A program made the position numbers and the translations under genes. Under the pieces are notes generated by a model. The model saw nothing but the letters and a program-made list of their open reading frames with translations. It had not been told where the DNA came from and made no database searches. A stretch of 64,000 bases of DNA, taken from NCBI GenBank assembly GCA_964016885.1, contig OZ024744.1, positions 126,480,001 to 126,544,000 of the forward strand, in the 5' to 3' direction. Numbering within the stretch: the first letter of the stretch is position 1; the number at the start of each line of letters is the position of its first letter. This document shows, in pieces, positions 13,341-26,933 of this stretch. The stretch comes from Eledone cirrhosa. Taxonomy: Eukaryota.

Positions 13341-13420
13341 ACATGGAACTCCTTTAACCATCTTTTGATCTCATATATTATATATATATATATATGCATA
13401 TATATATATGTATATATATA

Positions 13421-13762
13421 GGCACATGGCTTAGTGGTTAGAGCGTTGGCCTTGCAATCGAAAGGTTGTGAGTTCAATTCTCAGACCTGGTGATGTGTTG
13501 TTTCCTTGAGCAAGACACTTTATTTCACATTGCTCCAGTTTACTCAGCTGTAGAAATGAGACGATAGGGACTGGGGTCCATATCATTCCACTGCAAAGTG
13601 GTCGTGGAGGTGCCACCGCAAAAAAGCTCCCAGCACTCACTGTAAATGAGGTTGGTGTTAGGAAGGGCATCCAGCTGTAGAAATCAAGCCAGAATCAGTT
13701 CCCGTCCCACCCTTGCAAGCAGGGTAAAAGCGGACGTGAAATGATGATGATGATGATGATGA
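13421..13762 (+). mobile_element. tRNA/CORE-like SINE (family B) with RTE-derived tail
   Basis: A box tggcttagtgg, B box gagttcaattc, CORE-like ccttgagcaagacacttt, RTE tail and (gat)n. Near-identical inverted copy at 40333-40670. Confidence 0.85.
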
Positions 13763-13772
13763 TATTATATGT

Positions 13773-13820
<48 letters not shown>

Positions 13821-13991
13821 TATATGCTTTGGACTATATTTGTAATATGGTTCAAAATGTTATCCACCTCCTTAGTGATTTTTATTATATATTTTTACCC
13901 ATAATCTTGCAATACTTTAGTGTATGTACACTCCATATTCTTCGGAGTTTTCGGCTTGTATTTGCCGATAGTGCTTCTTGTACTTTTAATT

Positions 13992-14029
13992 GCCCTGATG
14001 AGTCCTTAATAGAACGAAACATTGTTGGC
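13992..14029 (+). ncRNA. Minimal type-I hammerhead motif, family H3
   Basis: gcc-CUGAUGA-gucc uuaaua gaac-GAAA-CAUUG-UU|ggc followed by AATAAA. One stem II mismatch and a GUU site. Confidence 0.6.
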
Positions 14030-14176
14030 TAATAAAGACTTTTGATGTATTGAAGGCTTCTTTGTTTTATTTTCATAATTCTTCGGCTCTGTTTAATTAC
14101 ATTGAGCTATACCTTTTACTGTCATTTCTATAATACGAAGAGGGTGTTTAAATCCAACACGCTCCAGTATTTTAAT

Positions 14177-14238
<62 letters not shown>

Positions 14239-14347
14239 GTTTGAATATGTCCATACCTGTCCATACCTGCATTGTCTTGGCCTTATTACACATATTCAAA
14301 CGTTTATACCTCATTACACAATGCTTCAAGTGAACTATAACCTCCTC

Positions 14348-14393
<46 letters not shown>

Positions 14394-14851
14394 CAATGGC
14401 TGTAAGACTGGTGTCTACAGGATGGGTGGGGTTCAATGGTTTAAAGAAAAGGGAAATTCTTTAGAAGCTAATTCTTTAAGGCTGAAATAAGGGTGACAAA
14501 GGCAGAAAGGGTTCCATCAACAGATTCAAATGTTGGGGTGAGCCCCCCCCCCCCTCTATTGATATATATTCTTAATATATATTCCAGGTGTCGAGAAACA
14601 CATTCACACTCGCCCACTTACACACGTACACACACACAACAAACATACTTAATGGTACATACACACATACATATATACAAATATATACACATATATACAC
14701 ATACATACAAATTTGTGTACACACACATATATATATATACATATAACATATATAAATATGTATATATATACATATATACATATAACATATATATATATAT
14801 ACATATATATATAGAAAGATTTGAATGGATACAGTTTAGTTGAAAGGAATT

Positions 14852-14966
14852 TATTGACACGTGTTTCTATAACAGTTACATAACCTAAAACAGCTATCTA
14901 CAAACTTTTAGTTATGCAGACATTCAATATTTCAATGTTATTATTTACTGTCATTTCATCAGAATA
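14852..14966 (-). ncRNA. Type-I hammerhead motif, family H4
   Basis: Minus strand: uauu-CUGAUGA-aaugacagu…acuguuaua-GAAA-CACGUG-UC|aaua. Palindromic stem III ACACGUGU and GUC site; 10.1-11.1 is an A-A mismatch. Confidence 0.75.
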
Positions 14967-15078
14967 TATATATGTAGGAGGTTGGTGTTAGGAAGGGCAT
15001 TCAACTGTAGAAATCAAGTTCCCGTCCCACCCTTTCAAGCAGGGAAAAGCGGACGTAAAATGATGATGATGATGATAC

Positions 15079-15099
<21 letters not shown>

Positions 15100-15113
<14 letters not shown>

Positions 15114-15745
15114 CTCATGCATACACACGTATACACACATTCATATATATATATATTTATATAGTAAAGCACTTTACTATTAGGATTATATATATCTATA
15201 TATGTTGCCTTGGCTGCTATTTCTAGCGCTAAAATTAACACCGGAAGTGGACAAGATGAAAAAGTTAGCTAAAATTCAGTCTCAACTTTTTAAACAATAG
15301 ATTTTTTTATGTCAACAAACGGAGAATATTTGGCAAGAAAGATAACTCTTGTCTTACTTAAAGCCGGAAATTGAGTTAAAAATGTTGCGGGTCTGCAGTT
15401 TATGTAAACCTTCTTATTTGGTCTTGTTAACTGGCATTTGACTGCTATTTCTAGCATATATTAATAGACACTTTAGAAATAGCAGCCAAAAGTCAGCTAA
15501 CAACACTATAGGAAACACCAGAAAGAAGGACTCATGCACACACACACATATATATATATATATGTACATGAGTGTATATATATATATATATATATACACA
15601 CTCAAATACGTGTGTGAGCGTTTATATATAAATATATATATATATATATATTTATATATACACACACACACAAATATATATATATATATATATTTATATA
15701 TACACACACACACAAATATATTAATATATGTGCGTATATATATAT
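15100..15745 (+). repeat. Third copy of the 11125-11720 arm
   Basis: Near-identical to 11125-11720, including the gctatttctag/ctagaaatagc internal inverted motifs. Confidence 0.9.
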
Positions 15746-15747
15746 AA

Positions 15748-15934
15748 TTGTTTCTACTTTAGGCACAAGGCCAGCAATTACCAGTACATTACTGGTACTT
15801 TATTTTATCGACCCCGTAAGGATGAAAGGCAAAGTTAACCTCGGCGGGATTTGAACTCAGATCATAAAGGTACTTAACTCTATGCTTCAAAGCATGGTGT
15901 CCGACTCTCTACCGATACTGCCAACCCACCGCCC
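15748..15934 (-). mobile_element. tRNA-derived SINE (family A)
   Basis: Same body as 3272-3456. Confidence 0.85.
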
Positions 15935-15953
15935 TATATATATATATAATATA

Positions 15954-17928
15954 CTAGCTGAATGACCCGGCGTTGCCCGGGTTACTGCTGTTTTTATTCA
16001 GATTAGGAAACAATAAATATGAAGAATTTTTTTTTCTCATATTCACTTTACATAAAATATGTCAAAGTTGTAATGATAATAGAATTGTGACCAACCGAGC
16101 ACGGCGGGCTGTTTGATGTTCTGCGGCACGGGAGGCGGCGGTGGATACAGCGTTCTGGGACCTTCGGATGGCTGTCTGTATCTCGGTCTGGGATGCTCTG
16201 GCAGCTGCCTTGGAGGCGGAGCCCTTGGACCTGAGGATGGCTGTCTGTATCTCGGTCTGGGATGCTCTGGTAGCTGCCTTGGAGGCGGAGTCCTTGGACC
16301 TGAGGATGGCTGTCTGTATCTCGGTCTGGGATGCTCTGGCAGCTGCGGTGGAGGCGGAGTCCTTGGACCTTCGGATGGCTGTCTCCTGGTCGGTTTCTGC
16401 GGCACGGGAGGCGGCGGTTGAAGCAGCGTTCTTTGACCCTCTGGTGGCTGTTTGCTGTTTAGTTTCGGAGGCCCTTGCTGCAGCAGTAGTTGCAGCATTC
16501 CTCGCCCTACGAAGAGCTCTTTGGCTGTCACTCTCTGCTGCCCTAGAGGCGGCTGTTGCAACTGCATTCCGACAATTACGAATGGCACGATTCGAAGCGG
16601 TAACCGTAGATAGAGAGGTGCTGGGTTGGGCTGTGCTAGGGGTACTTAAGTTTGAAAGCGATGTAACAGGGGTTTGTGGCCAAAAATGCAGTCTGGCATC
16701 CGTAGACTGCTCTTTCAATCGCCTTTTTTGAAACAACAGACGATGTTTTCCTACGGCTAAGGGTAGTCTTTCTTTTCAGTGGCATGGTTGCAATAGTACA
16801 GTAAACAGTAAAGGGGAAGCAGGTTTAGAGCAAAGGCAAAACAGCGAAGGTGATAAGCAGTATTTTGGGGAAGGTAAAAAAAAGTGACAAATTGTTACAA
16901 TTTTAAGCAAGAAAAAAGTAAACAAAAAACGTACTGGGAATGGCAAAGTCCGAAAGCGAGGTCACAAAATGTAATGCAGTGAGAGTGAAGCACACGTCTA
17001 CACAGTAGCCTAACCAAGTAGCAAGTGTAGCGTTTGAAAACCAAAGCTTTGCAGGCCACTCAAATCAACGATAAGAGTCTGCAGAATTTTTTGATAGCAG
17101 TCTTGCCAAAACAGAATAAAAGCTGCCACCTCCAGCCGTACAGGACATTTTTTTTTTATTCAAGGCGAAAATTTGTCCACTTCTCGACCGAAAGAAAGCA
17201 AAAACTGACTCAACTGGTGCCAGGGGGTCAGAACTGGCAGCAACTGGTTTGTGTCACGTGAAGCTGTAACTATAGCAACAGTGGTTCCCTCGGTCTCAAA
17301 GACCAAAGTAAGTGGAGAGGGGAAGGTAATGTTACTGTAACACCAACAACGTCTCTCTCTATATTCCTCGCTCAATAAAGAAGGGGGAGGGGGAAGGTAA
17401 TGTTACTATAGCAACAGTGGTTCGCTCACTGACCAAAGTGGAGAGAGGAATGTATTATTTCTGTGATACCCAAAACTTCTCTCTCTCTCTAAAGAAGGGG
17501 TAAGGGGAAGGTAATGTTACTATAAGACCTGTTATTCCTGTCTCTCTATATACGAAGAGAAGATTCGACCTCGAGCTTCACTCTCGACCAAATTTCGAAA
17601 TGATTCGAGCACGTCAAAATAATTTAGACTCTTTTCTACCCATATTAGCAAAAAACCGGGTCAAAAAACTCAAAAGGAAAAATTTTTCACGCGTGTATAA
17701 AATGCAACCTCATCTCCCGGTTTCACCCACGATAGACAAAAAGGTGGATTGCGGGCCCCTGGGGGGACCTATCAAAAAACAAAGAAGCCTAAGCAATGTA
17801 AAGGGTCATGAGGAGTGACGTATGCAAATTTTAGCGAGATCGGGCGAGCGGTGTAGACGCCAACCTCGAATAATGTAGCATCTACACACACACAGACAAA
17901 CACACATCCTCTGTTTTATATATATAGA
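15954..17928 (-). mobile_element. Internally deleted Helitron
   Basis: Minus strand 5' a|TCTATATATATAAAA at 17928. 3' hairpin cccgggcaacgccggg and CTAG|t at 15954. Confidence 0.85.
16062..16736 (-). pseudogene. Helitron RepHel N-terminal-like repeat ORF remnant
   Basis: 224 aa with 20-aa (60-bp) repeats AARASQTEIQTAIxRSKDSAS. Lies inside the Helitron; no Rep or helicase motifs visible. Confidence 0.55.
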
Positions 17929-18453
17929 TGCGATAGATAATCTCTCTAGCAATATATATATTTTATAATGTTTAAATTCCAATTTTTAATATATTAATCT
18001 CAATTCTAAACTAAATATCTAATCATAATTAAACAATGTGTAATTTCTCATATTATATATCTATATTCCATTCATGAATATTAATATTTCTAATTTTATT
18101 TATGCTTTTCATCTCAATTGTTAACTCAACTTAATATGACATAACTTAAGGTTTTCGTTCTCTCCCCCCTCTCTCTATCTCTATATATCTCTCTCTTGAG
18201 TTCTTTCTCTGTCTGATGGTTTGATATTTCCCCGTTATTTTTCCTCTGTTCTCTTTTATTTTTTGCTTTCTTCTTTTTCTTTATCTATCTCTCCCTTTCT
18301 TTTCTCCACGTTTCTCTCTCTCTCTCTCCATCTTTTTACTTACTCTTAACACTATGACTTACTAAAGTAAACTATCCTGATGGCCTCCAAAAGCAACGGG
18401 CAATTTTTTAAAAGGGGTACGTCAATGTCTATTTATAAAGCTGTTATATATTG

Positions 18454-18518
18454 TATTTTGTCTGATGAAGGCATACCAAAATTTAACTTGGTATCCTTGA
18501 AATATATATAATGAAATA
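18454..18518 (+). ncRNA. Type-I hammerhead motif, family H2
   Basis: uauuuugu-CUGAUGA-aggcauaccaa…uugguauccuu-GAAA-UAUAUA-UA|augaaaua. Stem I pairs with two GU wobbles; stem III is the palindrome AUAUAUAU. Confidence 0.7.
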
Positions 18519-18645
18519 AATATGGTTTTATAAATATAGTTTCCATTTATTAATATCGTATATCTACTCCAAATATTTGTCTAGTGCTTTATATCAGTTA
18601 TAAACATATTTGCTTGTTGTATCCCAACAATTTAAATAAAACTTT

Positions 18646-18678
<33 letters not shown>

Positions 18679-18681
<3 letters not shown>

Positions 18682-19115
18682 GGAGGTGAGTTTTATTGTA
18701 GTACAATAAAGCAATGCAGATATCGGATAAGAAGCACTCTACAGTTTGTAGGACTGGAGTATACATAATATATAAGAACAAAAGATGGTTAAAAGAGTTC
18801 CATGTATATTATTATGCGCATTTCAAAAACAAATATCACCATGCAATAATATTTGTGTTTTCATCAGATAAAACAGGAGGACATGATATGAAGGTTAAAA
18901 AACACTTGTGGATAGTTCAGTTTTAATTCAGCATATCATGTTTTAAATCAACATATCATGTTGATTTAAAACTGCACTATCCGCAAGTGTTTTTTAACCT
19001 TCATATCATGTCCTCCTGTTTTATCTGATGAAAACACAAATATTATTGCATGATGATATTTGTTTTTGAAATGCACATAATAAAATACATGGAACTCTTT
19101 TAACCATCTTTTGTT

Positions 19116-19118
<3 letters not shown>
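18679..19118. mobile_element. Family H1 element with inverted pair of hammerheads
   Basis: Minus-strand motif at 18806-18874 (intact AUGCGCAU) and plus-strand motif at 19018-19086 (AUGCACAU). Both ends lie in (TA)n. Confidence 0.8.
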
Positions 19119-19171
<53 letters not shown>

Positions 19172-19617
19172 AGTTTATATGTGGGGGGGGGGGTAAACAT
19201 CGAGAAAGAGAGACAGTGTTCTTTCTTTCTTTCTTTGTGTAAGATTGTTTTTCTGTGTGCTTATGTGTAAGATATATCGTGGACACTATTATGTGTAAGT
19301 GTGTGTGTGTCAATGTATTTGTTTGTGTGAGAAGTAGCATGGATACAATGATTGTCTCTCACACACACATACACACATATTTATATATAAGTGGGTCTGT
19401 GTATGTATGTGTGTGTGTAAGGAAGTGTTTGGGACAATGCGTATGTGTGTGTAAAAGTGTATTTGTTGTGTGTGAAATTTAGCGTAGTTACACTGTTGTG
19501 TGTATATATATATATGTATGTATATACACGAGAAAGTATATATGAGAGACAGTGTGTGTTATACATTTATTTATTGTGTGTGTATTTGTTGTGTGTGAAA
19601 TTTAGCGTAGTTACAGT

Positions 19618-19666
<49 letters not shown>

Positions 19667-20008
19667 GAGAAAGTATATATGAGAGACAGTGTGTGTTATA
19701 CATTTATTTATACATATGTATATATACAAGTAAGTATGTGAGACAGTGTATGTGTGTGTATGTATGTATATATATATATTTGTATTTATTTGTGTGTATT
19801 TGTATATATATGTGTGTGTGTATAGAAGAAAGTATGTATGAGAGTGAGAGACAGTGTATGTATGTGTGTGTATATATATATATATATTTGTATTTATTTG
19901 TGTGTATGTGTGTGTGTGTATAGAAGAAAGTATGTATGAGAGTGAGAGACAGTGTATGTATGTGTATGTAATATAGAGTTGGTACAATGAAATATGTGTG
20001 TGTGCTAA

Positions 20009-20829
20009 GTGTGTGAGTGGGTATGGATACGTGTGTGAGTATGTATGGTTACGTGTGTGAGAGTGTGTACGTGTGTGAGTGTGTATGGGTACGTGTGTGA
20101 GAGTGTGTACGTGAGTGTGTGTATGTGTACGTGTGTGAGTGTGTATGGGTACGTGTGTGTGTGTATGGGTACGTGTGTGTGTGAGTGTGTATGGGTACGT
20201 GTGTGAGAGTGTGTACGTATGTGAGTGGGTATGGGTACGTGTGTGAGTGTGTATGGTTACGTGTGTGAGAGTGTGTACGTGTGTGAGTGTGTATGGGTAC
20301 GTGTGTGAGAGTGTGTACGTGAGTGTGTGTATGTGTACGTGTGTGAGTGTGTATGGGTACGTGTGTGTGTGTGTGTATGGGTACGTGTGTGTGTGTGTGT
20401 GTATGGGTACGTGTTTGAGTGTGTATGGGTACGTGTGTGAGAGTGTGTATGGGTACGTGTGTGAGTGTGTATGTGTACGTGTGAGTGTGTATGGGTACGT
20501 GTGTGAATGTGTATGGGTACGTGTGTGAGAGTGTGTACGTGTGTGAGTGTGTATGGGTATATGTGTGAGTGTGTATGGGTACGTGTGTGAGAGTGTGTAC
20601 GTGTGTGAGTGTGTATGGGTACGTGTGTGAGAGTGTGTACGTGTGTGAGTGTGTATGGGTACGTGTGAGTGTGTATGGGTACGTTTGTGAGTGTGTATGG
20701 GTACGTGTGTGAGTGTGTATGGGTACGTGTGTGAGTGTGTATGGGTACGTGTGTGAGTGTGTATGGGTACGTGTGTACGTGTGTGAGAGTGTGTACGTGT
20801 GTGAGTGTGTATGGGTACGTGTGTGAGTG
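20009..20829. repeat. GT-rich minisatellite (gtgtgtgagtgtgtatgggtac, ~20-22 bp variants)
   Basis: Direct tandem repetition. Confidence 0.9.
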
Positions 20830-21674
20830 TTGTCCACTGTCAGTACATGTGGTCGGTATGACGTAACCACACACTAACCGTTGTTTCCTACAGCAACAAT
20901 AACAACCACAACATCGACGACATAACAACAACAACAACGTCAACAGCAACAATAACAACAATAACAACAACTACTACAACAGTAACCAAACAAAACTCTC
21001 GCTTGTCCCGACTGTCAGCTGACATTCACGTCTCTCCCCCTCTCTCTCTCTCTCTCTCTCTCACTCTCTCCCCCCTCTCTCTCTCTTACTCCCACAGTCT
21101 CACTGTCTTTCTATTACACCCTCTCCTTTACTTTTATTTCTGTCTGTCTGTCTATATATATATAACATTATCTCTCTCTCCGTCTTTAACTCTTACACTT
21201 TACCTCTCCCCCTCTCCATCACTTACTCACTGTCTTTCTCTCATTCCCACTCCCCCTCTCTCTATACAACCCTCGCCTTCTTCATCCCTTTCTCACCGTC
21301 TACTCTGTTTTTCTCTCTATCTCTCATTCTCGCTTCCCCTCTCTCTATATATATCTATCTCTCCCTCGCCTTCTCCATCTCTTACTTACTCACAATCAAC
21401 CTCCCTGTCTCTCCGTCTCTCCCTCGCCTTTTTCATCTCTTTACTCACTCACCGTCTACCTCTCTATCTCCCACTCCCCCTTCCACTATCTATCCCTCCT
21501 CCCATCCCCCTCTCTATATCTCTATCGTAATTCCCTCTGTCTCACCTTTTCTCTTTAGTTCCGTCCCTAACTTGCCCCAAAACAAATCGGAGTTTTGTTT
21601 ACACTTTTCACCGAATCTTCCCATTCCATCTAACATGACGTGACAAACTATTATCATTATTATTTTTACTATCA

Positions 21675-21975
21675 GGCCGAGGTTGACTTTTCCTTTCATC
21701 CTTACGGGGTCGATAAAATAAAGTACCAGTAATACACTGGTTAATTGCTGGCCTTGTGCCTAACGTAGAAACAATTAGTTTTACTATCAGGCGGTGGATT
21801 GGCAGTATCGGTAGAGGGTCGGACGCCATGCTTTCCAGCATAGTTACGTCCCTTTTCGATCTGAGTTCAAATCCCGCTGAGGTTGACTTTGCCTTTCATC
21901 CTTGCGGGGTCGATAAAATAAAGTACCAGTAATGTACTGGGTAATTGCTGGCCTTGTGCCAAAGGTAGAAACAAT
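21675..21975 (+). mobile_element. Two family-A SINEs in tandem (first 5'-truncated)
   Basis: The body cctttcatccttacggggtcgataaaataaagtaccagt occurs twice; each copy is preceded by tttttactatcaggc. Confidence 0.8.
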
Positions 21976-22239
21976 TATTTTTACTATCATCAATAATACT
22001 ATTCTTTACGGTTATTGTTACTGTCGTTTGAATATCTCTACTCAGGGGCGACTTTATTACGATAAAATAACTACCAGTCAAGTTGTACTGAGGTTTTCCG
22101 TCTAAAATATATACATACATAAACACACGTATATATACATATATACACACACATATGTATATATATATATTATATGTACAGATTAAAGTTTAAGCAAAGA
22201 ATCGTACATACAAACTCAATTTGTCTAGTTCGATATAAT

Positions 22240-22271
<32 letters not shown>

Positions 22272-22423
22272 CATATATACATATATATATATATACATAT
22301 ACATATATATATATACATATAATTATATATATATATATATACATATAATTATATATATATATATACAAATATATATATATATACATATAATTATATATAT
22401 ATATATATATATATATACATACA

Positions 22424-22575
<152 letters not shown>

Positions 22576-22584
22576 CATATATAC

Positions 22585-22616
<32 letters not shown>

Positions 22617-22771
22617 TTATATATATATACATATATATATGTAAAGTTATATTTAAAATTGTTGGGTTACAACTAGTAAATATTTATAACTGATATAAAA
22701 GCACTCGACAAATACTTGGAGTATATTTACAATATTAAATAAATGGAAAACTATATTTATAAAACCATATT

Positions 22772-22837
22772 TATTTCATTATATATATTTCGGGGATATC
22801 ATATTAACAATATGCTATGCCTTCATCAGACAAAATA
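22772..22837 (-). ncRNA. Type-I hammerhead motif, family H2 (antisense copy)
   Basis: Exact reverse complement of 22945-23010. Confidence 0.7.
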
Positions 22838-22944
22838 CAATATAAACAGTTTTATAAACAGTTTTATAGAGTGAACCTCTTCAAATGAAGTTGATGTTTA
22901 TTACGGTATGTCGAATATATTTATCTATAAAACTGTTTATATTG

Positions 22945-23010
22945 TATTTTGTCTGATGAAGGCATAGCATATTGTTAATATGATATCCCCGAAATATATA
23001 TAATGAAATA
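22945..23010 (+). ncRNA. Type-I hammerhead motif, family H2
   Basis: Same core, stem I and stem III as 18454, but a different stem II (ggcauagcauauu-guu-aauaugauaucc). Confidence 0.7.
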
Positions 23011-23085
23011 AATATGGTTTTATAAATATAGTTTTCCATTTATTTAATATTATACATATATATATATATATACATATATATATAG

Positions 23086-23172
<87 letters not shown>

Positions 23173-23234
23173 CCCATGTGTATATTTATATGTATATATA
23201 TATACACATATGTACATATAAACTCAATTATATT

Positions 23235-23275
<41 letters not shown>

Positions 23276-24195
23276 ATACATATATATATATACACATATG
23301 TACATACAAACTTAATTATATATATATATTAAATTGACCCTTACAAAGTGTTGTGTCTGTGTCATTATATATCATTAGAATCGTTAGAGCGTCGGACAAA
23401 ATAACTTGTAGTGTTTGTTCTGTTTGTCTCGTTACGTTTTTCAGTTCAAATACCGGTGAAATCAACTTTTGTCTTTCATACTTCCAGGATTGATCTAATC
23501 AATTGATCCTTCGAATCGATTATTTTTAGTGCCCCTACAAGATTTCTATATAACCCCCCCCCCCCCCACTCTCGCTCCCTCACATTTCGTTATTTATTTT
23601 TAATTTTTTATATTTTTCTTTTGTATGATGTCCATATTCAACGTCCTTGTGATAAAGATATATATCAGAAATATTGGGGCATAACTGGTAGAGCGCCCGT
23701 CAGACAATATACTTGTCTTTATTTAGTCATGGACACAACGTTCTTAGTTCAGATCCCGCCGGGTCGATCTATAAAGGAAAGAAAAGTACGAATCAGGTAC
23801 TAATAAATAGACGTTTCATATGCCAACCCCACCCTTCATGTCACCACAGTGTGGCCTTGGTCAGGGGGTACTTAAAACCAACTAAAACAGACCATCCTAA
23901 CTTTAAGAACTTGTGGTCTTGTGCCTCTAAGTTAAAAACAAACAAACTTTTACAACTATTAACTAGTATTAGTAGTAGTAGTACTTTTATAAAGCACTGG
24001 TGTCGATTTAATCGACTTTCACCTCTCCCCAAATTACTGGTCTTGTGTCTTAAGTAGAAAATCATCAACGGTTCTTTACGTTTTGGGTTCAAAACTTTGC
24101 CTTTCATCTTTACTGGGTCGATAAACTAAAGTACCAGTAACGCACTGGGTTGATTTAATCAAAATTGTTGGCCTTGTCTCTAAATCAGAAACCAT

Positions 24196-24257
<62 letters not shown>

Positions 24258-24589
24258 TAATTATTATCCTTATCGAAATAGCTCTTCTGGTCAAATACAA
24301 ACTTTAAAAAGCAGATACCAGTTAAATACTGAGGGAATCTTGTTTAAAAACCACAGTATACCCCGACCCGTCCCTCTAAAATGTGCGGCCTGCCTTATGC
24401 TTATGTTAGAAAATAGAATGGGTTGGCAGAATCGGTAGAGTTTCGAACAGAAAGTGTCTTGTGGTATTCGTGCAAAATCTCTTTACGTCCCCAGATCAAC
24501 TTTTAAACTTCTAGCGGTGCGATTAAATGAACTACCAGTCTACTATTGGGGTCGGTTTAATTTGGACTTTCATCGTAGCGTCAATATTA

Positions 24590-24992
24590 GTGGTGGTGGT
24601 AGTAGTTGTAGTAATTATAGTTGTAATAGTAGTTAGTAATAGCAGTAGTAGTAGTAGTTGTTGTAGTAATTATAGTTGTAATAGTAGTTGTAGTAATAGT
24701 AGTAGTAATTATAGTTGTAATAGCAGTAGTAGTAGTAATAGTAGTAGTAATTATAGTTGTAATAGTAGTTAGTAATAGCAGTAGTAGTAGTAGTTGTTGT
24801 AGTAATTATAGTTGTAATAGCAGTTGTAGTAATAGTAGTAGTAATTATAGTTGTAATAGTAGTTAGTAATAGCAGTAGTAGTAGTAGTTGTTGTAGTAAT
24901 TATAGTTGTAATAGTAGTTGTAGTAATAGTAGTAGTAATTATAGTTGTAATAGCAGTAGTAGTAGTAATAGTAGTAGTAATTATAGTTGTAA

Positions 24993-25036
<44 letters not shown>

Positions 25037-25040
25037 ATTA

Positions 25041-25075
<35 letters not shown>

Positions 25076-25480
25076 ATTATAGTTGTAATAGTAGTTAGTA
25101 GTAGTAGTAGTAGTAATAGTAGTTAGTAGTAGTAGTAGTAGTAATTATAGTTGTAATAGTAGTTAGTAATAGCAATAGTAAATTATAGTTGTAATAGTAG
25201 TAGTAATTATAGTTGTAATAGTATTAGTAGTAATAGTAGTAGTAATTATAGTTGTAATAATATTAGTAGTAATTAAAGTTGTAATAGCAGTAGTAATTAT
25301 TGTTGTAGTAGTAGTAGTAGTAGTAGTTGTCATAGTAATAGTAGTATTAGTAGTAGTAATAATAGTAGTAGTAGCTGTAGTAATTCTTGTTGTAATAGTA
25401 GAAGTAGTAATAAGTAGTATTAGTTGTCGTTGTTGTAATAGTAGAAATATGTGTAGTAGTAGTAGTAGTAGTAATAGTAC
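24590..25480. repeat. (AGT)n-based compound microsatellite
   Basis: agt repeats with recurring aattatagttgtaat units. Confidence 0.9.
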
Positions 25481-25568
25481 TATACTGAGTCCCCCCTTCC
25501 CCCTATCGTCTCCACATCGTAAACTATATTTGGCCTTCTGCCTGGTAGAAATAATTATAATTATATTG

Positions 25569-26129
25569 GCATAGGTTAAGTTTAACGTCCGAGATAATGA
25601 AAGTAGATTTTCTGACAAGTGAATGTGATTTTTTTTTTTACAATGACAGTTACGATACAGTTTGTTTATTTACAACAGGTCTCTATAGTGATATGGTGTT
25701 AATTAGTGTTGCGTGTGTGATTATTTATTCTTTTTCTTTTTTTGTGTATTGTGTGTACGGAAAATGACATTGTGTGTTGAAAGAAATACATTTTTTTTTA
25801 TAACTACATAGTTAGACGGTCTAATAAGGATGTTGATAAGGTAGGTCAATTTATATGTTATATGCAACAAACGTCTAACTATGTAGTTATTTTTAAAAAA
25901 ATGTATTTCTTTCAACACACAATGTCACTTTCCGTACACACAATACACAAAAAAAGAAAAAGAAAAAATAATCACACACGCAATACTAATTAACACCACA
26001 TCACTATAGAGACCTGTTGTAAATAAACAAACTGTATCGTAACTTTCATTGTAAAAAAAACAAAAAAAAACACATTCACTTGTCAGAAAATCTACTTTCA
26101 TTATCTCGGACGTTAAACTTATCCTATGC
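25569..26129. repeat. Inverted repeat, ~250-bp arms, 53-bp spacer
   Basis: 25569-25818 is the reverse complement of 25872-26129 with a few substitutions. Confidence 0.9.
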
Positions 26130-26239
26130 GATTATAATTATATTACTAACAACAGACATAATGTTGTTGCTTTTAGCTTCTCTCCCCCACCCCACCCCGT
26201 CACTGTAAACAACAACAACAACAACAACTACAACAACTA

Positions 26240-26275
<36 letters not shown>

Positions 26276-26315
26276 AATGGAACAAAAGTTTGTACAACAA
26301 ACCTTTTGTTCTCTT

Positions 26316-26741
26316 ACTACTACAACTACTATAGTATTACTATTACTATGGCAACAACGTGTTAACGGGTTACTGCTACTGCTACTACTACTATAGTATT
26401 ACTATTACTATGGCAACAACGTGTTAAGGGGTTACTGCTACTGCTACAACTACTATAGTATTACTATTACTATGGCAACAACGTGTTAAGGGATTGCTGC
26501 TACTGCTACTACTACAACTACTATAGTATTACTATTACTATGGCAACAACGTGTTAAGGGGTTACTGCTACTGCTACTACTACAACTACTATAGTATTAC
26601 TATTACTATGGCAACAACGTGTTAAGGGGTTACTGCTACTGCTACTACTACAACTACTATAGTATTACTATTACTATGGCAACAACGTGTTAAGGGGTTA
26701 CTGCTACTGCTACTACTATTATTGATACTACTACTACCAAC

Positions 26742-26772
<31 letters not shown>

Positions 26773-26779
26773 ATGCTAT

Positions 26780-26810
<31 letters not shown>

Positions 26811-26895
26811 GCTACTACTGCTACTACAACTACTAACACTACTATAACTACTACTACTACTACTACCACTACTATTACTACTGCTACTGCTACTG

Positions 26896-26933
<38 letters not shown>

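Noticed and set aside
13421-13495. tRNA gene calls at SINE heads (also 35275, 43570, 52995, 63918)
   Set aside because: A and B boxes run into SINE bodies with no complete cloverleaf.
16043-16731. Overlapping Pro-rich and antisense ORFs in the Helitron
   Set aside because: Alternative frames of the same GC-rich 60-bp repeats.
25819-25880. Possible degenerate hammerhead in the spacer of the inverted repeat (CTAATAA…AAACGTC)
   Set aside because: Too many core mismatches to support.
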